NCBI GenBank assembly: GCA_965198125.1
Contig: CBDAOQ010000003.1
Span: 439,890-503,889, forward strand
Reading direction: 5' to 3'
Source of the DNA: Candidatus Versatilivorator sp.
GTDB taxonomy: Bacteria; Acidobacteriota; Terriglobia; Versatilivoradales; Versatilivoraceae
Length of the DNA stretch: 64,000 nt
The position numbers and the translations under genes were made by a program. Positions 1 to 10,291 of this stretch are shown here, one piece after another (within the stretch, counting starts at the first letter, position 1; each line of letters opens with the position of its first letter). The notes below the pieces were generated by a model. The model was not told the DNA's origin, ran no database searches, and saw only the letters and a program-made list of their open reading frames with translations.

Positions 1-1023
1 GTCTTCGGAGAGACCCGCAACCCCTACGATACCTCCAGGACCTGCGGCGGCAGCAGCGGCGGGGCCGCGGTGGCCCTGGCCTGCGGCATGCAACCCCTGG
101 CCGACGGGAGCGACACCGGCGGCTCGCTTCGCAACCCGGCCAACTTCTGCAACGTGGTGGGGTTCCGCCCCTCGCCGGGCCGGGTTCCGGTCTGGCCCAG
201 CCAAGCGGGCTGGTACACCATCGGTGTTCAAGGCCCCATGGCCCGAACCGTCCGGGACGCCGCCCTGATGCTCAGCGCCATCGCAGGCCCCGACCGGCGC
301 TCGCCCATCTCCATTACCGAACCGGGAAGCCGCTTCGCCGCACCCCTGGGGCGGGATTTCGAGGGAAGCCGCATTGCCTGGAGCCCCACCCTGGGCGGGC
401 TGCCGGTAGATCCCCGGGTCACCCGGGTCCTCGAAGGCCAGCGGCAGGTCTTTGAATCGCTGGGATGCCGGGTCGAGGAACGCACGCCCGACCTCAAGGA
501 AGCCGACGCCGTTTTCAGGGCCTGGCGGGCCTGGCGCTTCGAGCTGACGCTTTCGGCCCTGAACCCCGTCCAGCAATCCCAAATGAAGGAGACCCTGCGG
601 CAGGAAGTCGAGGCCGCCGAAAAGCTGAGCGGAATCGATCTCTCCAGAGCCGAACTCCAGAGAACCCTGCTCTACCATCGGGTCCGGGAATTCATGGAGA
701 CCTACGAGTTTCTTCTCTGCCCCGTCAACCAGGTCCCCCCTTTCGACCTCAAGCAGCGCTACGTGGAAGAGATCAACGGCGTCAGGATGAACAGCTATAT
801 CGACTGGATGCAGTCCTGCTGGACCATTTCGGTGCTGGGGCTGCCGGCCATCTCGGTGCCGGCCGGCTTCACTCCGGAGGGGCTCCCGGTGGGCATCCAG
901 ATCGTGGGCCGCCACCAGGACGACCTGGGGGTGCTGCAACTGGCCCACGCCTACGAGCAGGCCACCGGCTTCTGGAAACGCCGGCCGCCGGTCTGTTCAG
1001 GTGGCGGAGATGGAAAGACCTAG
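1..1023 (+). CDS. Amidase (amidase-signature family), 5'-truncated at window edge
   Basis: Frame-1 ORF is open from base 1 (VFGETRNPYD...). Classic AS-family motif GGSSGGAAVALA...GSDTGGSLRNPA. Stop at 1021-1023. Confidence 0.85.
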   Translation, partial: VFGETRNPYDTSRTCGGSSGGAAVALACGMQPLADGSDTGGSLRNPANFCNVVGFRPSPGRVPVWPSQAGWYTIGVQGPMARTVRDAALMLSAIAGPDRRSPISITEPGSRFAAPLGRDFEGSRIAWSPTLGGLPVDPRVTRVLEGQRQVFESLGCRVEERTPDLKEADAVFRAWRAWRFELTLSALNPVQQSQMKETLRQEVEAAEKLSGIDLSRAELQRTLLYHRVREFMETYEFLLCPVNQVPPFDLKQRYVEEINGVRMNSYIDWMQSCWTISVLGLPAISVPAGFTPEGLPVGIQIVGRHQDDLGVLQLAHAYEQATGFWKRRPPVCSGGGDGKT

Positions 1024-1923
1024 TTAGCGCCGTCTCCACTCGAAGAAGCCGATCTTTTCCAGGCCCAGCTTCAACTGGCGGGCGTCGTCGGGGGTGAGGG
1101 GAGGGTTGGGCGGCCGGGGATCTCCCGAATCCAGATCCAGCCACTTGAGAATCTGCTTGAGGGCGGCCAGGACGTTGAAGCCGGCCAGCACCCGGACCGT
1201 GCGGTTGATGCCCCTCTGCAGCTCCAGGCCCCGGTCCCAGTCCCGGTCCAGGAAGGCACGGTAGAGATCCACGAACACCTTCAGCATCACCGGATAGGTG
1301 GAACCGATCCCGCCCACGCAGCCGGCCATCAACCCGTACCAGAGCACCTGGTCCTCGCCGTTGAACACGATAATCCTGCCGTCGTCGATGGCGGCCGTCA
1401 GGGTGATCTGGGCCAGATTGCCGCTGGAATCCTTGAGGCCCACCACGCCCGGGATGCGAATGAGCCGCTCGAAGGTCCGGGTGTCCAGGTTGATGGGGAT
1501 GCGGCCGGGAATGTTGTAGGCCAGCACCGGCCGCTCGGCCGCCTCGGCCACCTGCCGGTAGAATTGAACCAGGCCGTCCAGGTCGGGCTGATAGAAATAG
1601 GCCGGGGGCATGCTGGCTACGGCGTCGGCTCCCGCCCGGCCGGCGTGACGGGCCAGGCTCACCGCGTCGGGAATCTGGAAGGCCCCGACGTGAGCAATTA
1701 CCGGGACCTTCCCCTTGACGGCATCCAGGACGACTTCAAGCACCTGCTGCCGCTCGGGCACCGTCAGCAGCAGGCCTTCGCCCCCTCCTCCGCAAACGTA
1801 GAAGCCGTTCACGCCAACCTCCAGGGCATGCTGCACCATTTTGCGCAGGCCGGCCTCGCTGACGCCGCCCTGGGCGTCGAACGGGGTCATGATGGCCGGA
1901 TAGATTCCCTTGAGCTCCTTCAT
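1024..1923 (-). CDS. Dihydrodipicolinate synthase / N-acetylneuraminate lyase family class I aldolase (likely 2-keto-3-deoxy-sugar-acid aldolase)
   Basis: 299 aa ORF with MKELKGIYPAIMTPF N-terminus and a GFYVCGGGGEG motif, DapA/NAL-family hallmarks. It abuts the amidase stop. Confidence 0.8.
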   Translation of the reverse strand: MKELKGIYPAIMTPFDAQGGVSEAGLRKMVQHALEVGVNGFYVCGGGGEGLLLTVPERQQVLEVVLDAVKGKVPVIAHVGAFQIPDAVSLARHAGRAGADAVASMPPAYFYQPDLDGLVQFYRQVAEAAERPVLAYNIPGRIPINLDTRTFERLIRIPGVVGLKDSSGNLAQITLTAAIDDGRIIVFNGEDQVLWYGLMAGCVGGIGSTYPVMLKVFVDLYRAFLDRDWDRGLELQRGINRTVRVLAGFNVLAALKQILKWLDLDSGDPRPPNPPLTPDDARQLKLGLEKIGFFEWRRR

Positions 1924-1960
1924 GGGTGAGTTACCTCCTTGTCCGCTGCTCCTCGGGGGA

Positions 1961-4816
1961 TCAGCGGTAATCGACGGACACGGAACGCAGCACCGGGGCG
2001 CCCGTCCCGTTGGGGCCCACCAGCGTCGCCTTGAACTGCAGGAATCGGGTCGGGGTGTCCAGTCCTTTCAGCGAAAAACGGCGGCCGGCGTAGACGCTTC
2101 CCTCCCCTTCCGGCCCCCTCCACCCCGCCTGGCGGAGGGCTTCGATACTGTCGGCCCCTCTCACCTGGAACTCGACGGCCGAGGCGAAGGGCGTTTCCCC
2201 TTCCCAGCCGAGGGTCTCGAAGCGCACCGGAGCGCCGGCGTCGAAAACCTCTGAAACGTAGTCGTAGCGATCTCCCCGATCGGAGACGTGCCCCACATCC
2301 ACCCCGGCCAGGAAATGGGGCCCGAGTCCGGGCAGAAGCTGGCGCCTCTCGGGCGTGAAGCCCTGGGGGCCCCCCTCATAGAGAAAGGACAGGTTGCGGT
2401 GGGCGCCTCCCACCTTGTGGCAGGCGAACAGCAGATCGGTGACGCCGTCGTTGTTGAAATCGGCGGCCATCACGCCCGATCCCGACTGGGTGGGGATGTG
2501 GGTGACGCGGGACTCATCGAACCTGCCGGCGGCATTCCAGTAAATGTAGGAGGGGTGGGAGCGGGTCTCGCCCGCATGATAGCTGGTGGCCACGATATCC
2601 AGCAGGCCGTCCCCGTTCAGATCGGCCACGGCCACCCCTTCCGGTCCCATGGCGGGCAGCCGGGTCACCCGCTCCGCCTCATATCCCTCGGCCGCCCCCC
2701 AGTAGACCAGAACGTCGCTCTCCCGCCCCCCTTCGGCCGACATCAGGTTGGTCGCTAGCAGCTCCAGCCAGCCGTCCCCGTTGAGGTCGGCGATCTCGGT
2801 GGCCACCGCCAGGCCGGCGGGCAGGGTTTTCCTGTTGGCGTTGTCAAAACCGTCGGGTCCGTTCCAGAAGATCACCAGCTGGCGGTTTACCGTGGGGAAC
2901 ACCACGTCCAGCCAGCCGTCGCCGTTGAGGTCGGCAATGCTCTGGCAGCGGACACCCTCGACCTGAAAGGTGAAGCGATGGTTGCCGGCAAACCCCATGG
3001 GGCCGCCCCAGTAGAGGTCGGTCCCATGCCTGGCGGCATACTCGCTGAGAACCAGGTCCAGGTAGCCGTCTCGATTGAAGTCGGCCGCCCGGGTCGAAAA
3101 AGCCATCTCGGAGGAGACCACGGTCTTGCGGGTCGAGCTGAAGCCTTGCGGCGAACCCCAGTAGACTGCCGATTCCGGACCTCCCATGTAGATGTCCACC
3201 CACCCGTCGTTGTCGAGATCGGCGGAGGAGTACCCCTCCCCCGGAGAGCCGAAGGGGTGGTAGAGATCCAGGCGCTGGTCCACGCTGTATTTCCCCTGCT
3301 CGTTGCCCCAGTAGACGTAGGCCGGTACCGGGTCCCCGGCGGACCCGTCGATGCGATTCACAAAGACCAGGTCGGTCTTGCCGTCCCGATCGAAATCGGC
3401 GCTGCCGGCGCCGGCGGCCCCCAGGGTGGTCAATTCCAGTCGGCGGGCCGTGTCGAATCCCGCCGGACCTCCCCAGTAAACGTAGGAGGGCGCCTGGTAG
3501 GTGCGGGCATTGTGCTCATTGCTGAAGACCAGGTCGGGATGATCGTCCCCGTTCAGGTCCTGGATGAGAGAGTCGGTGGGATTCAGGGTGGGCAGGACGG
3601 TTCGGCGGTGAGGCTCGAATCCCTCGGGGCTGTTCCAGAAAATGGGCGAGCCGCTCCCCGGTCCGGGGGCGGCATGGCCGGATTTCTGGGGGCCGTTGGC
3701 GAAGACCAGATCAGGCAACCCATCCTTGTTGAGATCTCCCGCCGCCACGCTGCTGGCCGCCACCGTGGGCAGCTCCAGGCGGCGGTCGGCACTGTAGCCC
3801 TGGCTCGATCCCCAGTAGACGAAGGAAGGGATGGATTCGCTGTCGACGTCGGTATCCCACTCGCTGCGGTCTTCCGGTTCACGCATGAGCGGACGGTAGC
3901 GGTTGGCCAGAACGATCTCGGGGACGCGGTCGCCGTTGAGGTCGGCCAGGGCCACGGCCGAACTGCGCTGGCCGGGCAGCACGGTGCGCCGGTCTGCCGA
4001 GTAGCTCCCTCCCGAACCGCCCCAATAGATCATGGCGCCGCCGAGATTTGCGCCGCTGCCCTCGTTGGCAAAGACGATCTCGGGTGAGCCGTCCCGGTCG
4101 AGATCCGCGATGGCCACGTCGGTGGCCGCGGCGGTGGGCAGGGACTGCCGCCGCTCGATGGAAAACCCCTCCTTCGAACCCCAATAGAGAAAGGAAGCGT
4201 TCTCCGAACCGGAAGGCCGGCCGCCGGCCCCAGCGCTGTTGGCGAAGACGATCTCCGGGTAGCCGTCCCCATTGAGGTCGGCGACGGCAGCCGCCATGCC
4301 TCCCAGAGTCGGCAGCTCGGCTCGACGCTCGACGGCAAACCCCTGGGCGCCGCCCCAGTAGATGAAGCTGTCCAGGTTGCTCTTGATCCCGTTGCGTCCA
4401 TTGACCACCACCAGATCGGTGAAGCCGTCCCGGTTGAGATCTCCCAGGGCCTGGGCAACCCCGCCGTTGCTGGGAAGACGGGTGCGGCGGCCGACGTGGT
4501 TCTCGTCCACGCCCCAGTAGATGAAGAGATCGATCTGCTCGTTGTTGTCATGGGTGTTGGGCAGGACGATGTCGATGAAACCGTCCTGGTTGAGGTCCCA
4601 GAGGTTGATGAGCTTGACCTCCCCGGCGGCGGTGACGTAAGTATTGGCGCCGGCGTCGCCCAGGGTTCCCCGGCTGAAGTCCAGGAAACTGGAGACGGTC
4701 CAGCGCTTGGCGGCCTCGGTCTGCTGGGACGGGTATTGAGACCCTCCCCACACCAACAGACCACAGAAAATCGCAAGAGCCGAAATCATCATTCTGTTTG
4801 GTGTTGAAGCCATGCG
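1961..4816 (-). CDS. Secreted FG-GAP/VCBS-repeat protein (ASPIC/UnbV-like, CRTAC1-type)
   Basis: About 950 aa with more than 15 repeats of the DLNGDGxxDxV / YWGxxxGF pattern. N-terminal signal peptide (MMISALAIFCGLLVWG). Start taken at MASTPNR; the ORF extends to 4894. Confidence 0.8.
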   Translation of the reverse strand, partial: RMASTPNRMMISALAIFCGLLVWGGSQYPSQQTEAAKRWTVSSFLDFSRGTLGDAGANTYVTAAGEVKLINLWDLNQDGFIDIVLPNTHDNNEQIDLFIYWGVDENHVGRRTRLPSNGGVAQALGDLNRDGFTDLVVVNGRNGIKSNLDSFIYWGGAQGFAVERRAELPTLGGMAAAVADLNGDGYPEIVFANSAGAGGRPSGSENASFLYWGSKEGFSIERRQSLPTAAATDVAIADLDRDGSPEIVFANEGSGANLGGAMIYWGGSGGSYSADRRTVLPGQRSSAVALADLNGDRVPEIVLANRYRPLMREPEDRSEWDTDVDSESIPSFVYWGSSQGYSADRRLELPTVAASSVAAGDLNKDGLPDLVFANGPQKSGHAAPGPGSGSPIFWNSPEGFEPHRRTVLPTLNPTDSLIQDLNGDDHPDLVFSNEHNARTYQAPSYVYWGGPAGFDTARRLELTTLGAAGAGSADFDRDGKTDLVFVNRIDGSAGDPVPAYVYWGNEQGKYSVDQRLDLYHPFGSPGEGYSSADLDNDGWVDIYMGGPESAVYWGSPQGFSSTRKTVVSSEMAFSTRAADFNRDGYLDLVLSEYAARHGTDLYWGGPMGFAGNHRFTFQVEGVRCQSIADLNGDGWLDVVFPTVNRQLVIFWNGPDGFDNANRKTLPAGLAVATEIADLNGDGWLELLATNLMSAEGGRESDVLVYWGAAEGYEAERVTRLPAMGPEGVAVADLNGDGLLDIVATSYHAGETRSHPSYIYWNAAGRFDESRVTHIPTQSGSGVMAADFNNDGVTDLLFACHKVGGAHRNLSFLYEGGPQGFTPERRQLLPGLGPHFLAGVDVGHVSDRGDRYDYVSEVFDAGAPVRFETLGWEGETPFASAVEFQVRGADSIEALRQAGWRGPEGEGSVYAGRRFSLKGLDTPTRFLQFKATLVGPNGTGAPVLRSVSVDYR

Positions 4817-5281
4817 CTCTCTCCCTCCCGCAAACCGGGCAGACCCTGCCAACCTTGGCCTTGATTGAATTCTCGCAGAACCGGTCCCCGTCATTCAGAA
4901 GCAAGCCCTCCCTTTTGTCAATAGAGTTTCTTCGGGCGCAAGGTCGATCTGGTCAGTCGGCGTGGGGTCGAGGCGAGTTCCAACTATCTGCGCAGGAACA
5001 GCATCCTGCAGTCCGCCCAGGTGATCTATGGATCGTGACGCCCCACATATCGTGGACATCGTCAAAAAATCCTGTATATCCTGTCCATCCATGTAAATTA
5101 TCCCTGTAAGTCACCAAGCGTAGGTTCGCCCCCCACCGGCTCGACCGCTGGCTTCGCCCTTGTCTCGCCGACTCCCCCTCAAGGGGGGAGTGATTCTTGA
5201 GGCCTGCAAATGGCTTCTTGCCCGATTCCTCAGCAAGGTGTAAACCCTGTTTCCGGTTTATTGTGTGGATGAAGGCTTCCT

Positions 5282-5483
5282 GGGAGCGCGGGCGTCCCGC
5301 CCGCACAAGGCCTGGCACAGCCTCGGCCATCTCCTCCACCTGGATCGACCGGCAACGGCGCCACGGCTCTCCTTCGACCTGGACGTTGCGGTTCCCGCCA
5401 ACGTGGCGGCTGCCTGCAGAGTCGCGCGGAAGCTCAGCGGAAACCAATGGAACAGGATGCGGGCGGGACGCCCGCGCTCCCAG
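5282..5483. repeat. MITE family A copy (~200 bp) with 24 bp TIR GGGAGCGCGGGCGTCCCGCCCGCA
   Basis: Perfect TIRs at 5282-5305 and 5458-5483. The TIR contains the palindrome GCGGGCG-TCC-CGCCCGC. Homologous copies at 28084-28290, 34734-34934 and 8378-8552 (truncated). Confidence 0.75.
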
Positions 5484-5496
5484 GCCCTGTGCAATC

Positions 5497-6895
5497 CATA
5501 CATGGTTTACACAATAAACCGCAAACATGGTTGACACGGTTAGTTTTCTTTAAGTGGAGCTAAGCATACCTCCAAGGGGGTCGATGGGCAATGAGCGGGC
5601 GTTGTCCGGAGGGAGGGCGGAGCCCGACCGAAGGACAACGCCCAGGTTCATTCTCGCTGATGCCACTGCTGAGCAGGGATGATTTTCTGGGTACGCTGGT
5701 CGAACACGCCCAGAGGATGAGAGCTGTAGCGAATCTCCCAACGGTCATTGTCACAGGGAACCAGAGCAATCGTCTCCTTGGCCAGCACGGTGGAGAGATA
5801 GATCAGGCGGCCCCGCCACTTGAACTCGCCGGTGCGACGGACCCGCCGCACGGTGACACCGCTCGGGTATTCCACCTCCGGCAAGCGGTCCGGATAGGGA
5901 CGCGGCGAGGGCTGGTGCACGCTTGCGGGTGTCAGACGCCCCAGGGCTTCATGGGAACGCTGCCAGTTGAACTCTTCCACGAAGGCATCGAAGCGCCGCT
6001 GCTGGGCTGAAAGCGTGCGGGCAGGCGGACGCATCACGGCCTCTTTCAACGAGCGATGCATGCGTTCATGGCGACCGTTTTCACTGGGCTTGGCAGGACG
6101 AATGCGCTCGGGGCGAATGCCCAGGCGAATCCACCACTTCGACAACTGGCTCAGGCCGCCGGCAGCCACCGAGGCAAAGGGCGGGCCGTTGTCGGTGCGC
6201 AGCGTCTCAGGCAGGCCGTATTCCCGAAACACCCACTCAAACCAAGGCTTGACGGCATCGGTGGTGGGGTGGCTCAGGGCCCGGCACTGCAGGATGAAGC
6301 GGCTGTGGTTGTCGGTGAGGGTCAGCGGGTAGCAGCGCTTCCCGTTGGCCAGGGGTACGTCGCCCTTGAAGTCGGCGCTCCAGCTCTGTGCCGGAGCGTT
6401 GCAGTGGACCAAGGCCCGCGGATCCGGGGGAACGCGCCGACGCTGGCGTCTTTCCCGCACCAGATGGTTTCGCTTGAGGATCTTCCCGGCCGTGCTATCA
6501 GCCGGCCAGACCTCGTCCGGTTCCAGGGCACGAAGTCGATCCATCACCTTCTTGGGTCCAAAGCTCTGGTGCGCCAGCTTCGTCTCGATGATCCGCTCAA
6601 CCATCTCCGGTGCCGTCGTGTCGGGATGGCAACCGGGTCTTCGCGAGAGATCATCGAGTCCCTCCGGTCCGTGGATCCGATAGCGGTCGATCCACTTGTC
6701 GCCGGTGGGCCGGCTGATTCCGTAGTGTCTGCACAGGCCTTTCTTGGTGTAGCGACCACTGAGATAGTCGACAATAAACAGCATGCGTTGGTCCATGGTA
6801 CACGTCTCTTTCCAGGGCATCGGCTTGTCCTCCTCGGCCCATACCCTATCAATGTGTAAACCATGTTTGCGGTTTATTATGTAAAGGATGTTTGC
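5497..6895 (-). mobile_element. IS481-family insertion sequence (~1.4 kb) with ~31 bp TIRs
   Basis: TIR core TTTACA[C/T]AATAAACCGCAAACATGGTT[G/T]ACA at 5506-5536 and inverted at 6855-6885. Single DDE-transposase ORF between them. Exact termini uncertain by a few bp. Confidence 0.7.
5648..6828 (-). CDS. IS481-family DDE transposase (N-terminal HTH + integrase core rve domain)
   Basis: HTH segment GLCRHYGISRPTGDKWIDRY followed by an integrase-core region (…TDNGPPF…, …FNWQRSHEALG…). Single ORF, no frameshift. Start could be 6828 (MPWKE) or 6796 (MDQRM). Confidence 0.8.
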
Positions 6896-7163
6896 GGTCT
6901 GTACCGCCCAATCACTCCCCCCTTGAGGGGGAGTCGCAGAAGCCGAGCCGTCAGGCGAAGGCTGATGCGGTGGGGGGGACGCCGGGCAACCGCTTCTTTC
7001 CACACATCAAACTCGATGCAAAACCCCGACAGCGTAGTACTCGCCTTCCTATAACATCCCCGGACTCCCCCTCCTTGACTGCCCTTTGAGCGGACGACTA
7101 GAATCTCCGGGCAAGAAGTGTCCATCTCTTGATAACGGCACCACTGCCGCCAGGAGTCTCCCC

Positions 7164-8342
7164 ATGGAAGAGGCCCGCGCTGTCCGGCGAAATGAACTGG
7201 ACCCGACCCTGGCCCTGGTGAACAGGGTCTTCAGGACCGGGGTCGATCAGGACATGTCCACCGACTACCCCCTGGTTTTCGACCCCGGCAACCTGGAAAA
7301 CCTTCGGGTGGTGGCCGAAGGCGGCCACATCCTCAGCCATGCGGCCATGGCGCGGCGGGAGCTGAGAGAACACGGCTGTGTGCTTCCCATCAGCATGATC
7401 TGCGCCGTGGCCACCGATCCGGAACATCGCCGGCGGGGGGCCGCCAGCAGGATCATGGAGGACGCCACCGAGGCCATGGCGGCCCGGGGCGACGCCTTCG
7501 GGCTGCTGTGGACCGGACCCGCCAGGGATTTTTACCGCCGCCTGGGCTGGGAGGTGGTGGGATCCAACGGCTGGACCTACCTGGTGGAACCCGAACTGGC
7601 TGGCCGGTTCGAGCAGCCTCTGCCCGTCCGCGCATATCGAGCCGAGACCGACCTGGAAAGGATCATTGAGATTCACGAGGCCCAACCCCGGCAGTTGATG
7701 CGAACACAGGCAGAATACCGGAGGCTGCTCGGCCTTCCCAAATCGGAAGTCTGGGTAGCGGAAGAGAAAGGGCAGGCGGAGGGTTATCTGGTAGTTGCCC
7801 GGGCCTACAACAAATCGGGGGTGGTGGAGTGGGGCGGGACCTCTGGGGCCCTGTCCTCGCTGCTGGCCCGGGTGCTGCCCGAGCCCGCGGGCCAACGCAT
7901 GCAAGTGTTCGTGCCCCTCCCCGACAATCCCATGACCGAATTGTTGACCGGCCGGGGTTGCCGAACCCGCATCCCCATGGAGGAAGCCGACGGCTGCGGC
8001 CTCAAGATGGTGAGGATTCTGTCCTTGGGGAATCTGCTGCGGCAGCTCTCACCCCATCTGGAGAAGTGCCTGGCCGGATGCTCCGGCCAAGCGGGCCTGT
8101 CGGTCCGCGAAACGGGAGAGCGCGTCGACCTGAGGTGGGATGGGGCCGACCTGGAGGTCGGTGGCGGACGGTCCTCCGGAGCGCAGGACGACGCATGGGA
8201 GCTATCTCTTCGCCAAGCCGCGCGGCTGGTCTTCGGACCCGAAAAACCGTCGCAGATCCTCGACCTTTCCCGGGAAGCCGCCCAGGGCCTGGACCGGGCC
8301 CTCCCCTTCGGCTTCCACATCCGGATGCTGGACTTCGTGTGA
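7164..8342 (+). CDS. GNAT-family N-acetyltransferase, Eis-like (GNAT + sterol-carrier-like C-terminal region)
   Basis: 392 aa from MEEARAV. Acetyl-CoA-binding segment HRRRGAASRIMEDA. The ~400 aa length and architecture resemble Eis-type acetyltransferases. The track ORF starts at a TTG at 7086. Confidence 0.65.
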   Translation: MEEARAVRRNELDPTLALVNRVFRTGVDQDMSTDYPLVFDPGNLENLRVVAEGGHILSHAAMARRELREHGCVLPISMICAVATDPEHRRRGAASRIMEDATEAMAARGDAFGLLWTGPARDFYRRLGWEVVGSNGWTYLVEPELAGRFEQPLPVRAYRAETDLERIIEIHEAQPRQLMRTQAEYRRLLGLPKSEVWVAEEKGQAEGYLVVARAYNKSGVVEWGGTSGALSSLLARVLPEPAGQRMQVFVPLPDNPMTELLTGRGCRTRIPMEEADGCGLKMVRILSLGNLLRQLSPHLEKCLAGCSGQAGLSVRETGERVDLRWDGADLEVGGGRSSGAQDDAWELSLRQAARLVFGPEKPSQILDLSREAAQGLDRALPFGFHIRMLDFV

Positions 8343-8377
8343 GCGCCGGTCCCGCCGCCGGGACGGGTACACCTGGG

Positions 8378-8552
8378 AGCGCGGGCGTCCCGCCCGCACA
8401 AATCCTGGTATAGCCTCACCCATCTCCTCGACCCGGATCGAACGGCAACAGCGCCATGGCTCTGCTTCGGCCGGGCCCATGCGATTTCCACCGGCAGGAG
8501 GGGCGGGCTGCCGCATCGCAGGGAAACTGAGCGGCAACCCAAGGGACAGGAT
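8378..8552. repeat. MITE family A copy, 3'-truncated (left TIR only)
   Basis: Starts GGGAGCGCGGGCGTCCCGCCCGCA. The internal sequence is homologous to the copy at 34734-34934 in opposite orientation. It lacks the second TIR and is followed by a fragment related to family-B internal sequence. Confidence 0.6.
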
Positions 8553-8654
8553 TAATAGGACCAGAGGCCGCTGCACGCGACGCTGACTGGGAATCGGGGC
8601 GTTGGGCACAGCCAAGGCCCGCCACGGGGAAGATCAATCGAGAAGGATTATAAA

Positions 8655-8813
8655 TTGAACATGGATGCACAGGATGCACAGGATAATTAGGACCAGAGGC
8701 TGCTGCACGAAACGCTGACTCCGGCGATGATCGCGTGCGGATTTGCGGATGTCCAGGAATACAAGCCAGCCGTCTCCGGAAAAAATCCTGTGCATCCTGT
8801 GCATCCATGTGAA
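8655..8813. repeat. MITE family B copy (~160 bp) with TIR TTGAACATGGATGCACAGGATGCACAGGAT
   Basis: Inverted ends at 8655-8684 and 8784-8813. Family members at 34418-34576, 50599-50814, 50988-51152 and a partial at 63770-63850. Confidence 0.7.
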
Positions 8814-8855
8814 TCTACCCGGGCCGGAATGCAGGCGGCCAGCCGGTACAGCCGG

Positions 8856-9611
8856 CTATTCCGGCCTGACCGAGGCCACCCTGTTCAGGTAGGCACGGGC
8901 GGCCTCCTGAAGCCAGGCGTTGTAGTTGGTCAGGAAGAACCGCGCTCCCAAGTCGTAGTAGTGCTGCAGTTTGTCCTCATACCCCAGTGCGCCCGCCGTT
9001 CTTCCTGAAGCGACGATCTGTCGAATCGCTCCCTCGACCACTGCTTCCACCTTGGGGTCCCGGTGCTTGCCGGCCATGCCCATGGTCTGGGCCAGATCCC
9101 CGGGTGCGACGAAAAAGACATCGATGTGGTCGACCGACAGGATTTCGGCCAGATTCTCCACCGCCTGGATTTCCTCGATCAGGACGATGACCAGGGTTTC
9201 CAGATTGGCTTCCCCAAAAAAGTCCGAGCCGCCGTAGGACCTCCGGCCTGAAAAGATGCCCCGCCTGCCCACCGGCGCAAAAAAGGCCGATTCCACCACC
9301 CGCTCCGCCTCGGCCCTGGTGCTGACGTGAGGGACCACGATGCCGTTGGCGCCCAGGTCCAGGGTGCGTGTGATCACCCCGGGATCGTTGAGGTGCAGGC
9401 GGGCCACCGAGGCCATCCCCCACAGGTCGCAGGCCCGGGAGAGGTCGCCGATTTGGCTCCAGGTCACCGAACCGTGCTCCCCCTCCAGCCAGATCCCGTC
9501 AAAGCCCAGAGGACCCATAAAGTCGATGGTGTCGCTGGTATTGCTGTGTCCTCCGACGGCAATGGCCACGTCACCCTTGTTGAGCTTCTCCTTGACTCGA
9601 TTCCCTCGCAT
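8856..9611 (-). CDS. HpcH/HpaI-family aldolase (2-keto-3-deoxy-sugar-acid / 4-hydroxy-2-oxoacid aldolase)
   Basis: 251 aa with the LDLGANGIVVPHVSTRAEAE and LIEEIQAVENLAEILSVDHIDVFFVAPGDL motifs typical of the HpcH/HpaI family. A paralog lies at 61709-62482. Confidence 0.8.
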   Translation of the reverse strand: MRGNRVKEKLNKGDVAIAVGGHSNTSDTIDFMGPLGFDGIWLEGEHGSVTWSQIGDLSRACDLWGMASVARLHLNDPGVITRTLDLGANGIVVPHVSTRAEAERVVESAFFAPVGRRGIFSGRRSYGGSDFFGEANLETLVIVLIEEIQAVENLAEILSVDHIDVFFVAPGDLAQTMGMAGKHRDPKVEAVVEGAIRQIVASGRTAGALGYEDKLQHYYDLGARFFLTNYNAWLQEAARAYLNRVASVRPE

Positions 9612-10291
9612 GCTGTTGTCGTCTCCTTTGCCGGTGGATTGGACCTCCCCGGATGGATCTCTCCGGGGACGTTGTCAGCGACGGGGGCCCGGCGGCGCCG
9701 GAGATACCCGCCCCTTTCGGTTCACCCGAATGAACTGGCCCATGACCCTGCCGTTGGGGGCGTTCCCGTGAGTGGAGTTCACCACCGGAATCCGCCCGTC
9801 CGCCATTTCCTGCAGATTGGCCGCAAGACCCGAGCCGCTGGACCCTCCGATATGGCTGGGGAGACTCCAGTGGCGGCCGCGGTCCACGCTGGCGAAGATA
9901 CCCCAAGACCGCACCGCCAGCAACCAAACGTTTTTCCCGGGTCCGAAACGGGGCCGGAGCGCTGGCGCCGGATGAGAGACTCCTGCCTGCAGGAACTGTC
10001 TTCTACCCATCCACTGTCCCCGCTGCGACCGCCAAGGGTGTCCAAGGAAACATTCGACCGGGGCGTATTCGTCCCCGTCAGTGCCGTCGAGGCATCGACC
10101 CGCGATCCGTGCCTGCGGATCGGAGTTTGCGCCTTGACCCTGCAGGAGCTTTGTCATAGGCTCGTTTCCCGGATATTCCGTGATCAGGCCGTATCTTCAT
10201 TCTGATTCGCGCTGGTGGAAGCGGCCTCCAAGCTTGGAGGCTGCTGGCCCCTCTTTCCCCCTGGATGGCCCAGGCAAGAGGAACTTGCAGC

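Larger units (their letters stand above)
5135..6985. repeat. Composite MITE-like element D copy 1 with ~70 bp imperfect TIRs; carries nested MITE-A and a nested IS481-family IS
   Basis: Left end CCCCCCACCGGCTCGACC...CGACTCCCCCTCAAGGGGGGAGTGATT. Right end AATCACTCCCCCCTTGAGGGGGAGTCG...GGCTGATGCGGTGGGGGGG is its inverted complement. The same ends recur at 27948-28378 without the IS. Confidence 0.6.

Noticed and set aside
4953-5537. ORFs of 80-200 aa covering MITE/IS terminal regions (4953-5537, 5265-5534, 8140-8586, 8202-8615, 28052-28882, 34548-34979, 12721-13338)
   Set aside because: They recur only because they translate the dispersed repeat families (shared peptides …LGARASRPH…, …WERGRPAR…, …YTINRKHG…). 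No consistent frame, start or stop across copies.
9675-10157. 160-aa minus-strand ORF with an internal MGRRQFLQAG (Tat-like) segment, between the HpcH aldolase and Gfo/Idh/MocA genes
   Set aside because: The rest of the translation is Arg/Pro/Gly-rich low complexity with no domain signal. It lies in a divergent promoter region and overlaps the larger 9327-10205 shadow ORF. Most likely spurious.
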